From IMG/VR virus record IMGVR_UViG_3300030372_001977, positions 19,693 to 83,692 of that record: a stretch of 64,000 bases of DNA, one strand, 5' to 3'. Shown here in pieces: positions 64,000 through 64,000 of this stretch. Both the position numbers and the translations under genes were made by a program. The number at the start of each line of letters is the position of its first letter. The stretch's first letter is position 1. Origin of the DNA: a virus. Taxonomy: Duplodnaviria; Caudoviricetes. The notes under the pieces are model-generated. The model was not told the origin of the DNA. It searched no databases and worked only from the letters and a program-made list of their open reading frames with translations.

Positions 64000-64000
64000 G

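Larger units (their letters stand above)
1..64000. mobile_element. crAss-like (Crassvirales) bacteriophage genome segment
   Basis: Gene order terminase-portal-acidic scaffold-like-MCP-conserved gene; ring/muzzle/cargo/three giant proteins with a DFDID RNA polymerase; divergent replication block; no integrase seen; phage-like gene density throughout. Confidence 0.92.

Noticed and set aside
1-64000. Stop-codon reassignment (TAG/TGA), known in some Crassvirales
   Set aside because: All long genes, including the 2059 aa vRNAP, are intact in code 11; TAG and TGA end ORFs at sensible coupled junctions; no suppressor tRNA seen.
1-64000. tRNA genes or CRISPR arrays
   Set aside because: No cloverleaf with a GTTCRANNC T-arm was found (GTTCAAAGT near 13250 lacks the other arms), and no regularly spaced direct repeats were seen.
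1-64000. Integrase, prophage boundaries or host chromosomal genes
   Set aside because: No recombinase, att-like repeats or bacterial housekeeping context; the whole window is phage-like.

Overview
The whole window reads as a contiguous ~64 kb part of a lytic crAss-like (Crassvirales) phage genome in the standard genetic code. The host is probably a Bacteroidota: TTTG/TAnnTTTG promoters are present and starts are A-rich without Shine-Dalgarno sites. Minus strand 1-12.7 kb is the head/packaging operon (GroES, IHF-like, terminase, an inserted SET-domain gene, portal, scaffold-like protein, major capsid protein). A divergent control region at 12.7-14.3 kb holds structured RNA candidates and micro-ORFs. 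Plus strand 13.3-32.9 kb is the replication/repair block (PolA, UNG, SF2 and DnaB helicases, primase, nucleases, spore photoproduct lyase, MoxR/VWA). Minus strand 32.9-64 kb holds three giant ejected proteins (including a DFDID-type virion RNA polymerase), cargo proteins, muzzle and ring tail proteins, small basic proteins and holins. Three observations stand out. (1) The three giant ejected proteins (5,087 aa) contain only four cysteines, all at the termini, arranged as expected for a head-to-tail disulfide chain. (2) A recurrent [YMAL]-[QKE]-x-G-G motif, plus a shared C-terminal tag in two basic proteins, suggests a proteolytic processing and capsid-targeting system. (3) An intact spore photoproduct lyase, a SET methyltransferase and a promoter-bounded ~260 nt structured ncRNA candidate are present. 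All family calls come from motif recognition by eye; no database searches were run.
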